Positions 1 through 9,267 are shown, counted from the stretch's first letter. The stretch is 64,000 nt of DNA from Phycisphaerae bacterium (GCA_963675745.2 CAXXWX010000028.1:64001-128000); one strand, 5' to 3'. Program-made: numbers and translations. Notes: generated by a model not told the origin, from the letters alone.

Positions 1-1896
1 GCGGTTGACGCGGGCCGTATCGATGAGGCGATCGAGAAGCTTACGTTCAGGGTGCGCGGGGCGCCGGACGACGCCGGCGCGCGCATCGGGCTGGCGCGTT
101 TGATCTATCAATCCAAGCGTGACGCAGTCACGGCACTGCGTCTGCTTGATGAAGCGGCGTCGCTGGATCCGGTCCGCGTGGGGTCTGTCGCGGCGCGTGT
201 GGAGATCCTGCTGGCAGAAGGCCGAAGCGACGAGGCGGAGGCCCTGATTGATGAGTACATCGAGCAGCGCGAGGCCGCATTGGCTGATGACGACTCGGCT
301 GCCAACATCAGCGCCGTCACCAACGCGCACTTGCTGCGCGCGAGCTATCTGGTCGGTCGCAGCGAGTTTGACGCGGCAGAGCAGGTGCTCACCAACCTCC
401 GCGAGCGGTTCGCGAGTAATGGGCTCACCACGGAGACCCTCGGCCACTTCTATTTCAATCGCGGCCGCTTGGACGAAGCCGTCAGCGCGTTTGAGCAGGG
501 TCATGCGGCGTTTCCCGACAATCTGACGCTACAGCAGAAACTGGTTGAGTCGTTGCTGATTCGCGGCGGCGCGGATGACAAGAAGCGCGCGGCCCAAATG
601 CTCGATGACCTGCGCGCGGCGCGTGGTGACCATCCTGACGTGTTGATGGTCGAGGCCGCACTCGCCATGGACGAAGGTACGGCCGAGGGAAACGCGAAAG
701 CCGAGCAACTCTACAAACGCGTGCTGGAGCAGCAGCCGCGTCGCGTGGCCGCTCACGCCTGGCTGGCCAGCCTCGCCCTGGGCGCGCGTGATTACGATCG
801 GGCCGCCGAACGGGTGACGGCCGCCTTGGCGGTTGCGCCCACGAACGTGCAGGTTCTGCTGCTGAGTGCGCGTACCGAGCTGGCTCTCGGGCGTCCACGG
901 CGCGCCTGGCAGGTCGCGCAACGGATCCTGCGAAGCGACCCCACCAACGCGGCGGCGGTGCGCATGATACTGGCGGTTTGCGAGGATACAGGTGATCCGG
1001 AGATGCGCCGCAACGCCGCGGGCGGCCTGCAATCGATTGTGGAGGCGGACACGGATCGACAAAACGCCGCGGCTCGCGCCGGGCTGGCCGGCATATATCT
1101 GCTGGACGGCGCGCTCGATCAGGCGGCGGACCTGCTCAGCGACGCGATGTCGATCGATGCGGACAGCATCGATGTGCTGCGTGTGCGGATCGCGCTGCTG
1201 GCGGCGCGCGGTGAGCTGACGGAATTGCTGGAGCTGCTGGACGACTATCGTACACGGGCACCGGACGATATTCGTCTGCTGGTAGTCGCGGCCACAAGCC
1301 TGGCCACGTCACCTGATGCCGACCACCGCCGACAGGCCGGCGCGCTGTGTGAGGAAATGCTCGCAACACGCCCCGGGCTGCCCGCAGCCCGGCATCTGCT
1401 GGCACGGTTGGCCTGGATGGACGGCGATGCGGCCGACGCCGAGCGGCAGTATCGAGAGATGCTTGAGGAAATGCCGGACTACACGCCGACACTGAACGAC
1501 CTTGCCTGGGTGCTCGCGCAGGGGCATTCTGACGATCCTAACGCCCTGGAGGAGGCCTTGTCGCTTGCGGACCGGGCACTCGTCCGTGATTCGCGCAACC
1601 GCAGCTATCTTGACACGCGTGCGACGATTCTGGAGATGATGCCGAATCGTCTGCAGGCGGCCCGTGACGACCGCACGCGGTGTGTGGAACTCTCGACGCA
1701 GACCCCCCCCGAGCATGCCCGGGCGCTGCTTATGCTCGCAGCAGTTTGCGTCAAACAAGGCGACCTGGAGTCGGCTGACCGGCATTTGTCCGCGGCGGAG
1801 GAGATAGACGCCGCCGCGAACAGCTTCAGCCCGGCCGAGCGCGAGCGTGTCAGGGAGCTTCGCGCACAGATCAATTCGCCGAGCGACCGTCCCTGA
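1..1896 (+). CDS. Tetratricopeptide-repeat protein (5'-partial); resembles PrsT-type TPR proteins of EPS/PEP-CTERM loci
   Basis: Frame is open from base 1 (AVDAGRIDEAIEKL...). Many TPR-like helical repeats (LGHFYFNRGRLDEAVSAFEQG; LNDLAWVLA...YLDTRA). Directly upstream of a Wza-like gene. Confidence 0.85.
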   Translation, partial: AVDAGRIDEAIEKLTFRVRGAPDDAGARIGLARLIYQSKRDAVTALRLLDEAASLDPVRVGSVAARVEILLAEGRSDEAEALIDEYIEQREAALADDDSAANISAVTNAHLLRASYLVGRSEFDAAEQVLTNLRERFASNGLTTETLGHFYFNRGRLDEAVSAFEQGHAAFPDNLTLQQKLVESLLIRGGADDKKRAAQMLDDLRAARGDHPDVLMVEAALAMDEGTAEGNAKAEQLYKRVLEQQPRRVAAHAWLASLALGARDYDRAAERVTAALAVAPTNVQVLLLSARTELALGRPRRAWQVAQRILRSDPTNAAAVRMILAVCEDTGDPEMRRNAAGGLQSIVEADTDRQNAAARAGLAGIYLLDGALDQAADLLSDAMSIDADSIDVLRVRIALLAARGELTELLELLDDYRTRAPDDIRLLVVAATSLATSPDADHRRQAGALCEEMLATRPGLPAARHLLARLAWMDGDAADAERQYREMLEEMPDYTPTLNDLAWVLAQGHSDDPNALEEALSLADRALVRDSRNRSYLDTRATILEMMPNRLQAARDDRTRCVELSTQTPPEHARALLMLAAVCVKQGDLESADRHLSAAEEIDAAANSFSPAERERVRELRAQINSPSDRP

Positions 1897-2049
1897 TTCG
1901 CCTCCAGGCCGTCCAAAACCCGCCAGTTGCGATCCAGGCGACGGACGCCGATGACGCGCCCGCCGTTTGGTGGTAAAGTTGCGGCCATTGGGAGACCGAT
2001 AATGCATGCGGGTTCCGGTTCTGCCTTCATCGATAGGAAGGAGCGCACT

Positions 2050-3273
2050 GTGCAAAGACGCCGGTCAATTTGGGACGGGCCGTCCCATCTGCCTGACAAT
2101 CCAGCTCACAGTGGACCGCGCGAGAATCTCGGCGGACGCATCGGGCGACTGACGGTGATCCCGGTCATGATCGCTCTGACCGTGTTTCAGGTTGCCTGCA
2201 ATGATACGCGTATCAGGTACCTGGAGCTGCGTGACCGCGAGGCAGAGCTGGCGGCCGCGGTTGAGCCGGTTCCGGTCAACACGGCAGCGTTGCCGTTGAC
2301 CGATCTTCAGCCCTACACGGTTGGTCCCGGCGATGTGCTTACGCTGACGCTTATCGGACTACAGGATGAGTACTCACAGCTCACCTTGCAAAGCAGAGTA
2401 CGCGACGATGGCATGCTCGCCCTGCCACTCGTCGGCCTGGTGAAAGTCAGCGGGCTGGGGCTGCAAGGCGTCGAACGCGCCGTCTACGACGCCCATGTGC
2501 CACGCTTCACGAAGTCACTCTCTGTGTACGCGGAGTTGTCCGGGCCGGAACTGACCACCGTGGTGGTTGTCGGGGCGGCGGGCGAACCCGGACTGGTCGC
2601 ACTGCGCAGCAACCAGCGTAACCCGCTGTATGCCGTGGCTCTTTCCGGCGGCTTCTTCTCCGGAGCCTCTGGTCGCGTGATTGTGAAGCCCATTCGCACG
2701 GAAGCGGAAGAAGTGGCCTACAACCTGCTGGACGTCAACGATCTGCGGCGCGTGCTGAACGCCCCGCCGCTGCAATCCGGCGACATGGTAACGATCGAAT
2801 CGGCCGGCGCGAGCGTTGTGTATGTCACCGGGCTGGTCAACCTGCCGCAGGCGATCATCGTGCCGCGCGAGGGCAGCATTTCCCTGGCACGCGCGGTGGC
2901 GGCGGCCGGTGGACTGCGCGATTTTCTCGACCCGCCCGAGGCGACACTCTGGCGACGCCTGAGCAACGGCGAGCAGGTCCGTGTCAAGATCGAGCTGGAC
3001 AAACTGATGAACGGCGAGATCGAAGACGTGCAGTTGTGTGCTGGCGATATCCTCGACGTGCCGCACACCATCGAGACACGCGCCCGCGAGTGGTTTGCCG
3101 CCAACATCCGGCTCGGACCGTTCGGCGTTACTGGCATGTATGATCCGGTCGCTGACCAACGCGCGCGGATTCTGGCGAACGATGACAACGATCAGTATTT
3201 CCGACGCGCGATACTACAGTCGCTGGGAACCGGCGTACCGCAACTGTTGATCCCGCCGGTGCAGACGCCGTAG
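2050..3273 (+). CDS. Polysaccharide biosynthesis/export lipoprotein (Wza/OPX family, Poly_export plus SLBB domains)
   Basis: PES motif YTVGPGDVLTLTL...VRDDGMLALPLVGLVKVSGL; SLBB repeats (VYVTGLVNLPQ...LARAVAAAGG; LCAGDILDVP); lipobox-like FQVAC. GTG start at 2050 chosen for the upstream GGAG; start uncertain. Confidence 0.88.
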   Translation: MQRRRSIWDGPSHLPDNPAHSGPRENLGGRIGRLTVIPVMIALTVFQVACNDTRIRYLELRDREAELAAAVEPVPVNTAALPLTDLQPYTVGPGDVLTLTLIGLQDEYSQLTLQSRVRDDGMLALPLVGLVKVSGLGLQGVERAVYDAHVPRFTKSLSVYAELSGPELTTVVVVGAAGEPGLVALRSNQRNPLYAVALSGGFFSGASGRVIVKPIRTEAEEVAYNLLDVNDLRRVLNAPPLQSGDMVTIESAGASVVYVTGLVNLPQAIIVPREGSISLARAVAAAGGLRDFLDPPEATLWRRLSNGEQVRVKIELDKLMNGEIEDVQLCAGDILDVPHTIETRAREWFAANIRLGPFGVTGMYDPVADQRARILANDDNDQYFRRAILQSLGTGVPQLLIPPVQTP

Positions 3274-3360
3274 AAGCGTGTGAGCACGGGATTGGCTTCT
3301 CGGCATCCGGTCAGACGACGGCTCGGGCGTTCGCAGGCTTGCAGGGCAGGAGTGTTCGGC

Positions 3361-4587
3361 ATGCGTAGAGTGGTGTGGTTGTTAGTGCTGGGACTGGTGC
3401 TTTCGCAGAACGCCGGCTGTCCGTACGTCGTCGATGCCACGCGCCCCGGCGCTGAGGTGGTCACGACCGCCGGATCATTCACGTTCGTATTCGACACGGA
3501 ACAGGCGCCGGCGTCGGCCGCCGGTTTTACCGGTCTGGTCGAGTCCGGTTTTCACGCCGGAACCGTGATGCACCTGGCGACGAGTGCGGAGGTCGCCGGC
3601 GGCGCATACACGTCGGGCCTGATCACCAAGACGACACGCGCGCCGATCGCGAGTGAGGCCGACAACGGCAAGAGCAATCTGCGCGGTACGATCGCGATGG
3701 CGCACGGCGACACGGCCGCCAGCGCCGCCGCCCAGTTCTTTTTCAATCTGGTCGACAATCCCGAACTTGATCATTCGGACACCGAGGCCGGCTACACGGT
3801 GTTCGGCAGCGTTACGGAAGGTCTGGACGTGCTCGATCAGATCGGCGCCGTCGAGACAACCGCCCGCGCCGGGTTTGAAGCCCTGCCGATAAACGACGTC
3901 ACGATCGTGGCCGCCGAGCGTCTTGATCTGGGCGATGGTATCCTGCGTGTGCGACTGACCACATCACTCGGCGTGATCGTCGTGTCTCTCTTCGATGTCG
4001 AGGCACCGCTGACCGTCGCCGACTTTCTGCAATATGTCGATGAAGGCTTCTACGTCGGTACGATCTTCCATGGCGTCTTGCCGGGAGCGCTGGTCCAGGG
4101 CGGCGGGTTTGAGCGCGGCCTGATCGCAAAGCCGCCGGCCGGGTCGGCGTTGGCAAACAGCACCGACGCCGGCGGAGCGCGTATCCGGGGCAGCGTAACA
4201 CTGCCATACACAACTGACGTCACGACGGCGACCGGCGAGTTCGCGGTGCTGCTCGCGGACGGCGGCGCTGCCGACCCCGCAACGACTGCGCCGCTGGGCG
4301 TGGTCTTCGGCCACGTGGTCAGCGGACTTGATGTGCTGGATCAGATCGCGGGCGTGGACACGGTCACCCGGTCCGGGCTGGCGAATGTGCCCGCGGATGA
4401 CGTCGTCATCGAACGCATCGAGCTGCGCGATGTGAGAACCGGCGAAACTGAGCTTAATCCGGCCTTTCAGCAGATCATCGATAATGACCCGAACTATGTC
4501 GAGTACCGCACCGCGTACAACCTGACCATCGTCCGGCAGATGATCATAGACATCGTCCTCGGCGCCATGCTGAGTCTGGGGGGCTGA
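3361..4587 (+). CDS. Lipoprotein with two tandem cyclophilin (PpiA/B-like) domains, probably catalytically degenerate
   Basis: AGGAG before ATG 3361; lipobox NAGC; cyclophilin motifs twice (NLRGTIAMA...QFFFNLVDNPELD...GYTVFGSVTEGLDVLDQI and APLTVADFLQYVDEGFYVGTIFH...VQGGGF...VFGHVVSGLDVLDQI). Confidence 0.85.
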   Translation: MRRVVWLLVLGLVLSQNAGCPYVVDATRPGAEVVTTAGSFTFVFDTEQAPASAAGFTGLVESGFHAGTVMHLATSAEVAGGAYTSGLITKTTRAPIASEADNGKSNLRGTIAMAHGDTAASAAAQFFFNLVDNPELDHSDTEAGYTVFGSVTEGLDVLDQIGAVETTARAGFEALPINDVTIVAAERLDLGDGILRVRLTTSLGVIVVSLFDVEAPLTVADFLQYVDEGFYVGTIFHGVLPGALVQGGGFERGLIAKPPAGSALANSTDAGGARIRGSVTLPYTTDVTTATGEFAVLLADGGAADPATTAPLGVVFGHVVSGLDVLDQIAGVDTVTRSGLANVPADDVVIERIELRDVRTGETELNPAFQQIIDNDPNYVEYRTAYNLTIVRQMIIDIVLGAMLSLGG

Positions 4588-4668
4588 GTCGCAAAGGAGC
4601 TGACCTGCGATAAAACGTAGCGCTGCCCTGGTCACTGAGTGCAACACGCCGAACAATCGACATTTGCC

Positions 4669-4753
4669 GTAGCGTCCGACCCCCGAGTCGGACGTTTTTT
4701 TTTTTCTGAATCGTCGCCCGATGGAGACGGCCGGCTCGGGGGCCGGCCGCTAC
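4669..4753. repeat. Inverted pair of GTAG-type REP palindromes (REPIN-like)
   Basis: GTAG-CGTCCGAC-CCCCGA-GTCGGACG at 4669-4694 and, on the minus strand, GTAG-CGGCCGGC-CCCCGA-GCCGGCCG at 4728-4753. Confidence 0.8.
4673..4705 (+). terminator. Rho-independent terminator (REP hairpin followed by T11)
   Basis: 8-bp GC-rich stem CGTCCGAC/GTCGGACG followed by 11 T, downstream of the plus-strand genes and between convergent genes. Confidence 0.75.
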
Positions 4754-4800
4754 GCCGATCGGTGAAGTGCGCGCATGGAACTGCCTGGCTCGCCGCGTCG

Positions 4801-5487
4801 TCAGGCGATCAGCACCCACAGCCCGACGGCGATTATCAAAACGCCCGCGGCGCGACGCAGATAGTCGATGCCGCGGTTCCAGCCCCTGGAATCGGCCATA
4901 CGCTGCACCAATCCCATCGACGTGCCGCCAACCAGAATCAGGGCACAATGCCCGAAGCTGTAGGCCGTCAGTAGTGCAACGCCAAACAAGACCCCCTTGA
5001 GCGGAACGACGGCCAGCAACGCCAACAGAACCGGGCCCGCGCAGGGCAGCGAGACAAGCCCGAACAGCATGCCGAGCAGCAGCGCGCCGATGAAGCCGCG
5101 CTGCCTGGGCTGAAGCCCCCTCGGCGTGGGGATCGGGATGTCCAGCACGCCGAGCAAATGCAGCCCCATCAACAGGCACACGCCGCCCGCGATGTACGCC
5201 CACCACGCCGCCTGCAACACCGAACTGGCCGCCCACGTGGCGAGAAACATAAGCCCGAACGTCGTTGTGATGCCGATGGTGAAGGTCAGGGAGAGCAGGA
5301 ACGAGTGGACGACGCGACGCTTGGGTCGGGTTTCGTTACCGGCGACGTACGCAATCATGAGCGGAACCATCGCGATCACGCACGGACTCGCGGCCGTCAA
5401 CAGCCCGCCGACAAACGCCGCCGCAACGGCGATCAGCGGCGTGCCGCTAATCTGGTTGGCGAGGTTTTCCGCAAGCGAATCGAGCAT
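4801..5487 (-). CDS. ccdA: Cytochrome c biogenesis CcdA / DsbD transmembrane-domain protein
   Basis: SPCVIAMVP and LPCAGPVL redox-Cys motifs; about six hydrophobic segments. Confidence 0.88.
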   Translation of the reverse strand: MLDSLAENLANQISGTPLIAVAAAFVGGLLTAASPCVIAMVPLMIAYVAGNETRPKRRVVHSFLLSLTFTIGITTTFGLMFLATWAASSVLQAAWWAYIAGGVCLLMGLHLLGVLDIPIPTPRGLQPRQRGFIGALLLGMLFGLVSLPCAGPVLLALLAVVPLKGVLFGVALLTAYSFGHCALILVGGTSMGLVQRMADSRGWNRGIDYLRRAAGVLIIAVGLWVLIA

Positions 5488-5991
5488 CTATTTGACACCG
5501 ACCTTATCCGCGAAAATGGCCGTCAGCTCTTCTCGCGAGATGAATCCCTCGTGCCGCCATAGCTCGCGGCCGTCTTTGTCATACAGGATCTGCGTGGGGA
5601 TCAGGCGGATGCCATACAGGGCCTTGGCCGGCGGATTCTTCCAGACGTCGATGAACTCCACCGCGAGACGCCCTTCGTACTCCTTGCGCAGTGCGTCCAG
5701 GATCGGCGCTAGTTTCTTGCACGCCACACATTCGTCGGCCCCAAGGTCAACCAGCCGCGGCAGTTTCGCCGTGGCCGAAGCGGCGGCAGGTTGTGTCGTG
5801 GCCGGCGCGCCCTGCGCATCAACGGCGTCCACCGCCGACTGTGATGCCGGCTGTTCGGCGCGGGCAGCCACCGGCTCTTCGGCGCCAGGCTCCGGCGCAC
5901 TCGCGCGTTGAGACTTGTACCATGCGGCGCCGGCCACAATCGCGGCAACGGCTATGATCACGGCGATGTTGGTGGCGGTTCTGGCACTCAC
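5488..5991 (-). CDS. Membrane-anchored thioredoxin family protein
   Basis: N-terminal TM, Ala/Pro linker, LVDLGADECVACKKL (CxxC), IRLIPTQ cis-Pro, RHEGF. Confidence 0.9.
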   Translation of the reverse strand: MSARTATNIAVIIAVAAIVAGAAWYKSQRASAPEPGAEEPVAARAEQPASQSAVDAVDAQGAPATTQPAAASATAKLPRLVDLGADECVACKKLAPILDALRKEYEGRLAVEFIDVWKNPPAKALYGIRLIPTQILYDKDGRELWRHEGFISREELTAIFADKVGVK

Positions 5992-6032
5992 GACAGCATC
6001 TCCTCTTCACGCATCAGACAGGCGATCATCAG

Positions 6033-6275
6033 CTACTCGGCCGCCGCGGATAAGACAGCCGTAAGGTCCGCATCACTGGGCAGCTTGCCAGCAATCTTGA
6101 CTGCGCCATCGACTACCAACGCCGGTGTCATCATGACGCCATACGAAGCGATCTTGGCCAGATCGGTCACGTGTTCGAGTTCGTATTCGAGCCCGAGCTG
6201 GTCGGCGACCCGTTCGACCGCGCCGGCCAGCGCGTTGCATTTCGCGCATCCGGTGCCGAGGACCATTAGTTTCAT
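6033..6275 (-). CDS. Small redox-active disulfide protein 2 (MTH895/Thioredoxin_3 family)
   Basis: VLGTGCAKC...YGVMMTPALVVDG; GGAG upstream. Confidence 0.92.
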   Translation of the reverse strand: MKLMVLGTGCAKCNALAGAVERVADQLGLEYELEHVTDLAKIASYGVMMTPALVVDGAVKIAGKLPSDADLTAVLSAAAE

Positions 6276-6290
6276 GCGAGCTTCTCCTTG

Positions 6291-7490
6291 TCAGGTGATT
6301 TGGCCATAGACGATGCCAGCAACGGTGGATAGCAGCACAACGAGCACGATATAAGCGAGTGTCCGGCGCTTACCGAGCACTGAGGCAATCACGAGCATGT
6401 TCGGCAAGGAAACGGCCGGTCCGGCGAGCAACAGCGCCAGTGCCGGCCCCTTGCCCATGCCGGAGCCGATCAGACCTTCGACAATCGGCACCTCAGTGAG
6501 CGTGGCGAAGTACATCAGCGCCCCGGCCAGGGCTGCGCACAGATTCGCGCCGACCCCGTTACCGCCCACCAAGCCGGCCACCCATTCCTCACGTATTAAC
6601 CCTGGATGTCCCGGTCGCCCCAGCAGTAGTCCCGCCACGAGCACGCCGACGAACAGCAGCGGCATAATCTGCTTGGCGAAGAGCCAGGTGGCGGCGATCC
6701 ACTCGCGTAATTCCGCAACTCTAAACCAGGCCGCGATCATCACGGCCAGCCCGGCGGCAAACACGCCGGTGATATACCATTTGGCTGACCAGATAGCCGC
6801 GACCACGCCGGTTTCGTTCAACCGGGTCCAGTTGGCGAAGACGAGGATGCCGATCATGGCCAGGAAATAGAGCCCGTTCTGCCACAGCGGACGCGTTGGT
6901 TCATCGTGCGGCACAACGATGTCACCGGCGGTCGTTCGAGCGTTCTCGGCTCGGCGAAACACCAGGTGCATCGTGAGACCAATGAGCACGCTGATGAGAA
7001 TGGCCGAGATCGCGCGGGCCAGGCCCAGTCGCCAGCCGAGCACGCGCGCGGTCAGAACGATCGCCAGCACGTTAATCGCGGGGCCGGAATACAGAAACGC
7101 CGTCGCCGGCCCCAACCCCGCGCCGCGCGTATAAATCCCGGCGAACAGCGGCAGAATCGTGCAAGAGCAAGCCGCCAGCACGGTGCCGGACACGGCCGCA
7201 ACACTGTACGCAACAACCTTGTGCGCCTGCGCACCGAAGTACTTCATGACGGCGGCTTGCGAAACAAAACACGAGACCGCCCCGGCAATGAACAGCGCGG
7301 GAACAAGACAGAGCAAAACGTGCTGCCGGGCATAGTCCTGGAGCAGAAGCAGAGCTTCGCGCCCTGACACGGCGATCCGCGAGCTGACTTCAAGCGCCCC
7401 GAACGGCAGGCTGTAGACCAGCGCGAAAACAGCTAACATCAGGGCGCCGATGATCAGGTCGCGCGTGGCGACCCGTGCGTTAATGGCCAT
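6291..7490 (-). CDS. arsP: ArsP-family (DUF318) permease
   Basis: ACSCTILPLFAG, FLYSGPAIN, YFATLTEVPI, GPALALLLAGPAVSLP motifs; start placed at ATG 7490. Confidence 0.88.
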   Translation of the reverse strand: MAINARVATRDLIIGALMLAVFALVYSLPFGALEVSSRIAVSGREALLLLQDYARQHVLLCLVPALFIAGAVSCFVSQAAVMKYFGAQAHKVVAYSVAAVSGTVLAACSCTILPLFAGIYTRGAGLGPATAFLYSGPAINVLAIVLTARVLGWRLGLARAISAILISVLIGLTMHLVFRRAENARTTAGDIVVPHDEPTRPLWQNGLYFLAMIGILVFANWTRLNETGVVAAIWSAKWYITGVFAAGLAVMIAAWFRVAELREWIAATWLFAKQIMPLLFVGVLVAGLLLGRPGHPGLIREEWVAGLVGGNGVGANLCAALAGALMYFATLTEVPIVEGLIGSGMGKGPALALLLAGPAVSLPNMLVIASVLGKRRTLAYIVLVVLLSTVAGIVYGQIT

Positions 7491-7525
7491 AACGCCATGA
7501 ATAAGCTCAAAAAAACGCCGGAATA

Positions 7526-7861
7526 TCAACCCTCGATCTCCGCCTGACACGCCTTGAGGTTTTCCTTCAGCACTGATTCGATGCACTCCCACAGCGCCGC
7601 CAGGCAGCAGATCTTCAGCCGATAGTAGGTCATGGTGCCGTCTTTGCGGTCTTCGACAATGCCGGCCTGCCGTAACACGGCAAGGTGTTTGGACACGGTC
7701 GACTGGTCGGCTCCGACTATCCTGGTGAGTTCGCACACACAGAGCTCTTGCGCTTGCAGAGCGTCCAGCATGATCAGACGGCTGGGATGCGCAAGGGCTT
7801 TTGCGATGCGCGCCCGCGCCTCGTAACGTGCCCGTGGGTACCTGGCAATCTTCATGGCCAT
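7526..7861 (-). CDS. arsR: ArsR/SmtB family transcriptional repressor
   Basis: KALAHPSRL, ELCVCEL metal-binding box, QSTVSKHLAVLR HTH, C-terminal CC pair. Confidence 0.92.
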   Translation of the reverse strand: MAMKIARYPRARYEARARIAKALAHPSRLIMLDALQAQELCVCELTRIVGADQSTVSKHLAVLRQAGIVEDRKDGTMTYYRLKICCLAALWECIESVLKENLKACQAEIEG

Positions 7862-7895
7862 ATGGCCATTATAGAATGAATCACCCCGCTGTCAA
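7854..7895 (-). promoter_or_regulatory. Consensus sigma70 promoter of the ars operon with overlapping palindromic operator
   Basis: Minus strand TTGACA (7895-7890), 16 nt, TATAAT (7873-7868); perfect palindrome ATGGCCATATGGCCAT at 7854-7869. Confidence 0.85.
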
Positions 7896-7914
7896 GGCAG
7901 CGCCGGCCCGGATG

Positions 7915-9267
7915 TCAACTCCCGGCGCGCAGCAGTTCGAGGGCCTTGTCCAGGACGGGGTCGCCGTCGTGAAAGTCCTCTTCGCTGGTCTCGACGGCAA
8001 CGTCCGGCGCGATGCCGCTCCCCTCGAATTCCTTGCCATCCGGCCCCATCGACTTCCACGACGGCAGGTACACGACGACCTCGTTCGGCAGTTCGTACGG
8101 CTTCGGGTTGCCGGAACTGCCGTACGAATTGGCGCCCACCAGCGTGCAATTCGGGACCGCCTTCATCATGAGCAGAAAACCCTCGGCACTGCTCATCACG
8201 TATGGTCCGGTGAGAACCGCGATCCGGCCTCGGTACCTTGGGCGCCCCTTTGTCGGGTTCAGCACACGCTCGTGCGGCTTGCTGAAGCCGCCGGGTGCCT
8301 CGGAATCACGATAGACGTGTTTGGCATAGACGACGGGCTTGTCGATGAAACAGCCGGCGAATTCCTGGGCCAGCGTTTCGGAGCCGCCGGAGTTGAACCG
8401 CATGTCAATGATCAGCGCGTCGCAATCGCGCAGATCATCCAGGGCAACGAACGCCTGGTCGAGCGCGTCTTCATGTTTGGTTTCCCAGCTACTGATCATG
8501 ATGTAGCCGATCTTGCCCTCGTCATAACGGCCGCGGAACACGGCCGCACTGCTCTGCTTGAAACCCGGCACGAGATTCGGCAGGTTTTTGAAGTTGCCGT
8601 TGGGCGGGACTTTGCGCCGATGAGAGGCGTGCAGCGTCTCGCCGACCTTCAACCAGATGTGTATGTCTTCGGCCTTGGCCAGCAAGCGACCGGCGTAGCG
8701 CGCGAACTGGTCGCGCGACTTGGCCTTGGCCAGCTTCGGGCCCAGGCGAGCGAATTCCTGGCCCCAATCCACGCCGCGCAGATCGCGATAGGAGTAGCAT
8801 TCGTCCACGGCGCGCCGCAGTTCGTCGACTGACTCCTTCTGCAAGGCGGGCGTCAACTTCTGCTCCTCGCCGGCCGCCGTCGTGAAACTGATGGGATAGG
8901 GCGTTGCCGGACTGCCATTCACACCGACGAAGTTCTGGGCGGCGGGACAGTTGATACTGTAGGCGTACTCGTGGTCGGGTTGGAGGCGCACGCGCCACAC
9001 GACGGTGCGGTCATCCTTCCAGCGCGGCTTGCCGATGAGCTTGGGGAAGTTGTCACCACCGCCACAGAACGAGTAACCGCCGTGGCGCATGTCCTGGTCG
9101 AACTCGATCTGGATTTCCTTGAGGCCGGGATCGACATCGGTCGCGCCGTTGTCGGGAATGGCCTTGACAACTTGCGGTGAGGCGGCGAATGCCGGCACGG
9201 CCAGCAGGATTGCAACTAACAGAAGTCCGCGTGTCCGCCGACTCGAGCAAACGGTTGCACTGCGCAT
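7915..9267 (-). CDS. Secreted S41 family peptidase with N-terminal Ig-like (Big_5-like) domain
   Basis: GGAGG RBS before ATG 9267; signal peptide (..VPAFA); LIIDMRFNSGG, MSSAEGF, LVGANSYGSSG, EGSGIAPD motifs. Confidence 0.88.
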   Translation of the reverse strand: MRSATVCSSRRTRGLLLVAILLAVPAFAASPQVVKAIPDNGATDVDPGLKEIQIEFDQDMRHGGYSFCGGGDNFPKLIGKPRWKDDRTVVWRVRLQPDHEYAYSINCPAAQNFVGVNGSPATPYPISFTTAAGEEQKLTPALQKESVDELRRAVDECYSYRDLRGVDWGQEFARLGPKLAKAKSRDQFARYAGRLLAKAEDIHIWLKVGETLHASHRRKVPPNGNFKNLPNLVPGFKQSSAAVFRGRYDEGKIGYIMISSWETKHEDALDQAFVALDDLRDCDALIIDMRFNSGGSETLAQEFAGCFIDKPVVYAKHVYRDSEAPGGFSKPHERVLNPTKGRPRYRGRIAVLTGPYVMSSAEGFLLMMKAVPNCTLVGANSYGSSGNPKPYELPNEVVVYLPSWKSMGPDGKEFEGSGIAPDVAVETSEEDFHDGDPVLDKALELLRAGS

